Origin: Anaeromyxobacter sp.
Lineage (GTDB): Bacteria > Myxococcota > Myxococcia > Myxococcales > Anaeromyxobacteraceae
Length of the DNA stretch: 64,000 nucleotides
Reading direction: 5' to 3'
Assembly: GCA_049840735.1 (NCBI GenBank)
Contig: JASGJN010000022.1
Span: 608,001-672,000 of the forward strand
Shown here one piece after another: positions 61,582-64,000 of the stretch (positions are counted from its first letter, which is position 1; each line of letters starts with the position of its first letter). The position numbers were made by a program, and so were the translations under genes. The notes under the pieces were generated by a model. That model was not told where the DNA came from. It made no database searches and saw only the letters and a program-made list of their open reading frames with translations.

Positions 61582-63012
61582 CTACTGCTGCGCCGCCTTC
61601 CGGTCGATGGGCGTCACCTTCCGGTCGCGCAGCGTGTCCAGCGCGTCGAAGGCGGCGTACTTGTAGGCCTCGCCCAGCGTCGGGTAGTTGAAGACCGCCT
61701 CGGCGAAGTAGGAGAGGTTCCCGCCCAGCGTCATGACGGCGTGGCCGAGGTGGACCAGGTCGGAGGCGTGCGGGCCGATGCAGTGCACGCCCAGGATGCG
61801 CTGGTCGGCGGGGTCGGCCAGGAGCTTGAGGAAGCCCACCGCCTCGCCCACCAGGTTGGCCCGGGCGTTGCCGGTGAGCGTGGTCCGCCCCACCACGTAG
61901 TCGCGCCCCTTGGCGCGCAGCGACTCCTCGGTCTCGCCCACCGAGGAGATCTCCGGGATGGTGTAGATGCCGACCGGCAAGAGGTCGTGCAGGCCGCCCG
62001 GGCGGTCGGCCACGCCGCAGGCGTGGCGCATGGCCACGCGCCCCTGCTCCATGGAGGTGGACGCCAGGCCGGGGAAGCCCACCAGGTCGCCGGCCGCGTA
62101 GATGTGCGGCACCGCGGTCTGGAAGTGCTCGTTCACCTCCAGCAAACCGCGCGCGTTGGCGGTGAGGCCGGCCGCGGCCAGGTTGAGCGCCTCCACGTTG
62201 CCGATGCGCCCGGAGGCCACCAGCACCTTCTCCGCCACCAGCCGCGAGCCGTCCGCCAGCGTGACCAGCACGTCCCGCTCGCCCGGCTCCAGCTTCGTGG
62301 CCCGCGTCTGCTGGTAGGGCTCGATGCCGGCCAGGGCGAACAGGTCCTGCATGGCCAGCGACACCTCGGCGTCGAGCCAGGGCAGCAGTCGCTCCTTGGA
62401 GTCGATGATGGAGACGCTCACGCCCAGCGCGGCGAAGATGGAGGCGTACTCGCACCCGGCCACGCCGCCGCCCAGGATGGCCAGCGAGCGGGGGATGCGA
62501 TCCAGCAGCAGGATCGAGTCCGAGTCGTACACGCGGACGTGATCGATGGGGTACTGCGGCGGGTGGAAGGGGCGGGTGCCGGTGGCGAGCAGCACCGTCT
62601 CGGCACGCAGGTCCTGGAAGCCGCCGTCCGGCACCGAGACGCGCAGCGTGTTCCCGTCCCCGAAGGACGCCGTGCCCCGGAACTGCTCCACGCCGGCGCG
62701 GTTGAGCGCGCTGCGGATGCGCGAGTGCTCGCGGGCGGTGACCAGGCCGCGGCGGCCCATCAGCTCGGGGATGGTCACCTGGCCGGAGACGCGCAGCTCG
62801 AGGCCGTGGGCGTCGCGGCTGCGGGCCTGCTGGATGGCCAGCGCGGTCTCGCGCAGCGCCTTGGAGGGGATGGTGCCGGTGTTGGCGGAGGCGCCCCCGG
62901 GCACGGCCTCCTTCTCGACCAGCGCGACCTTCTTGCCCAGCGCCGCCGCCTGGACCGCGCCGTTCTCCCCGGCCGGGCCGGAGCCGATCACCACCACGTC
63001 GTAGCTCAGCAT
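61582..63012 (-). CDS. sthA: Soluble pyridine nucleotide transhydrogenase
   Basis: IGSGPAG, NTGTIPSKALRE (no redox cysteines), YDSDSIL, LASTSMEQGR, FNYPTLGEAYK. Confidence 0.93.
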   Translation of the reverse strand: MLSYDVVVIGSGPAGENGAVQAAALGKKVALVEKEAVPGGASANTGTIPSKALRETALAIQQARSRDAHGLELRVSGQVTIPELMGRRGLVTAREHSRIRSALNRAGVEQFRGTASFGDGNTLRVSVPDGGFQDLRAETVLLATGTRPFHPPQYPIDHVRVYDSDSILLLDRIPRSLAILGGGVAGCEYASIFAALGVSVSIIDSKERLLPWLDAEVSLAMQDLFALAGIEPYQQTRATKLEPGERDVLVTLADGSRLVAEKVLVASGRIGNVEALNLAAAGLTANARGLLEVNEHFQTAVPHIYAAGDLVGFPGLASTSMEQGRVAMRHACGVADRPGGLHDLLPVGIYTIPEISSVGETEESLRAKGRDYVVGRTTLTGNARANLVGEAVGFLKLLADPADQRILGVHCIGPHASDLVHLGHAVMTLGGNLSYFAEAVFNYPTLGEAYKYAAFDALDTLRDRKVTPIDRKAAQQ

Positions 63013-63066
63013 GCGACGTACCTCATAGTGCGGACCGGCTCCGGATTCGATATTCTCTGCAATTCC

Positions 63067-64000
63067 GTGCGGAACGTCCCGAAGAACCCTGCCCTGGGCA
63101 GGATCCCCAAGAACCTGGCCGTGGAGCTGGAAGAGCGGCGCAAGGCGCTCCAGGCCGCGGGCCGCCGGCTGTTCGACTTCGGCCTGGGCGACCCCCGCGA
63201 GCCCACCCCCCCGTTCCTGCGGGAGAGGCTGCGGGCGGCCGTCCCCGAGGTCTCGCAGTACCCCAGCGCCTTCGGCACCCCGGCCCTGCGCCAGGCGGCG
63301 GCCGGCTACCTCCAGCGCCGCTTCGGCGTGGCGGTGGACCCGGAGAAGCAGGTGGTGGCCTGCGCCGGCGCCAAGGAGGGCATCTTCCACCTGCCGCTGG
63401 CCTTCGCCGGCGACCCGGCGCGCCGCAAGGTGATCATCCCCGACCCCGGCTACCCGACCTACGAAGCGGGGGCGCTGCTGGCCGGCCTCGAGCCGGTGAA
63501 GGTCCCGCTCGACCGCGCGCACGGCTTCCTGATCGAGCCGGAGGCGCTCGGCGAGGCGCTGCTGCGGGAGACGCTGCTGTTCTGGATCTCCTACCCGCAC
63601 AACCCCACCGGCGCCCTGGCCTCGCGCGACTACCTCGCGCGCGTGGGGGCCGCGGCGGTGAAGCACGGCTTCATCGTCTGCTCGGACGAGTGCTACGCCG
63701 ACGTCTACTTCGGCGCCCCGCCGCCCTCCATGCTGGAGGTGCAGGTGGAGAACACGCTGGTCGTCCACAGCTGCTCCAAGCGCAGCGGCATGACCGGTTA
63801 CCGCAGCGGCTTCATCGCCGGTGACGCCGACCTCATCGCCCAGCTCCGCACCCTGCGCAGCCACCCCGGGGTGGCCTCGCCCGAGTTCGTGCCCGCGGCC
63901 GCCGCGGCGGCCTGGGCCGACGACGTCCACCCGGCGGAGCGGCGCGAGATCTTCCGGCAGAAGCGCGATCGGTTCCTGCGCTTCTTCGCCGAGCAGGGGC
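63067..64000 (+). CDS. PLP-dependent class I/II aminotransferase (DapC-like), partial
   Basis: FDFGLGDPREPTP, GAKEGIF, YPHNPTG, SDECYAD, SCSKRSGMTGYRSG. Confidence 0.88.
   Translation, partial: MRNVPKNPALGRIPKNLAVELEERRKALQAAGRRLFDFGLGDPREPTPPFLRERLRAAVPEVSQYPSAFGTPALRQAAAGYLQRRFGVAVDPEKQVVACAGAKEGIFHLPLAFAGDPARRKVIIPDPGYPTYEAGALLAGLEPVKVPLDRAHGFLIEPEALGEALLRETLLFWISYPHNPTGALASRDYLARVGAAAVKHGFIVCSDECYADVYFGAPPPSMLEVQVENTLVVHSCSKRSGMTGYRSGFIAGDADLIAQLRTLRSHPGVASPEFVPAAAAAAWADDVHPAERREIFRQKRDRFLRFFAEQG

Overview
Very GC-rich chromosomal window, most likely from an Anaeromyxobacter-like myxobacterium (Myxococcota); this is inferred from the pomYZX division-positioning operon and the gene content. 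Housekeeping blocks are sua5/tsaC, rmuC, pnuC-nadR, tRNA-Ser/Ser/Arg, serS, an ECF sigma/anti-sigma pair, two tandem double-domain adenylate kinases, tldD/pmbA, pomYZX, sthA and a DapC-like aminotransferase. They surround an accessory zone (about 9-37 kb) rich in DNA-processing and defence genes: an AddAB-like helicase-nuclease pair; an HExxGH-protein / XPB / p52-like-WYL-SEC-C / SEC-C operon followed by an EVE-HNH nuclease; four outer-membrane barrels; and a DUF6361-PLD-helicase (Azaca-like) trio next to tRNA-Arg. Notable non-coding signals: (i) a REP-like palindrome family with 6 loci, two inserted in-frame into the disordered regions of PomY and PomX and one containing a 20-bp tandem array; (ii) an ISAs1 transposase whose Shine-Dalgarno is perfectly complementary to the sequence just after its stop codon; (iii) a shared TGGTCCGC-N3-GCGGACCA palindrome in two divergent intergenic regions. 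About 20 frameshifts are probably sequencing errors, and they cluster at GATC and GAGACC, suggesting methylation-induced basecalling errors. All calls come from reading motifs by eye; no database searches were run.
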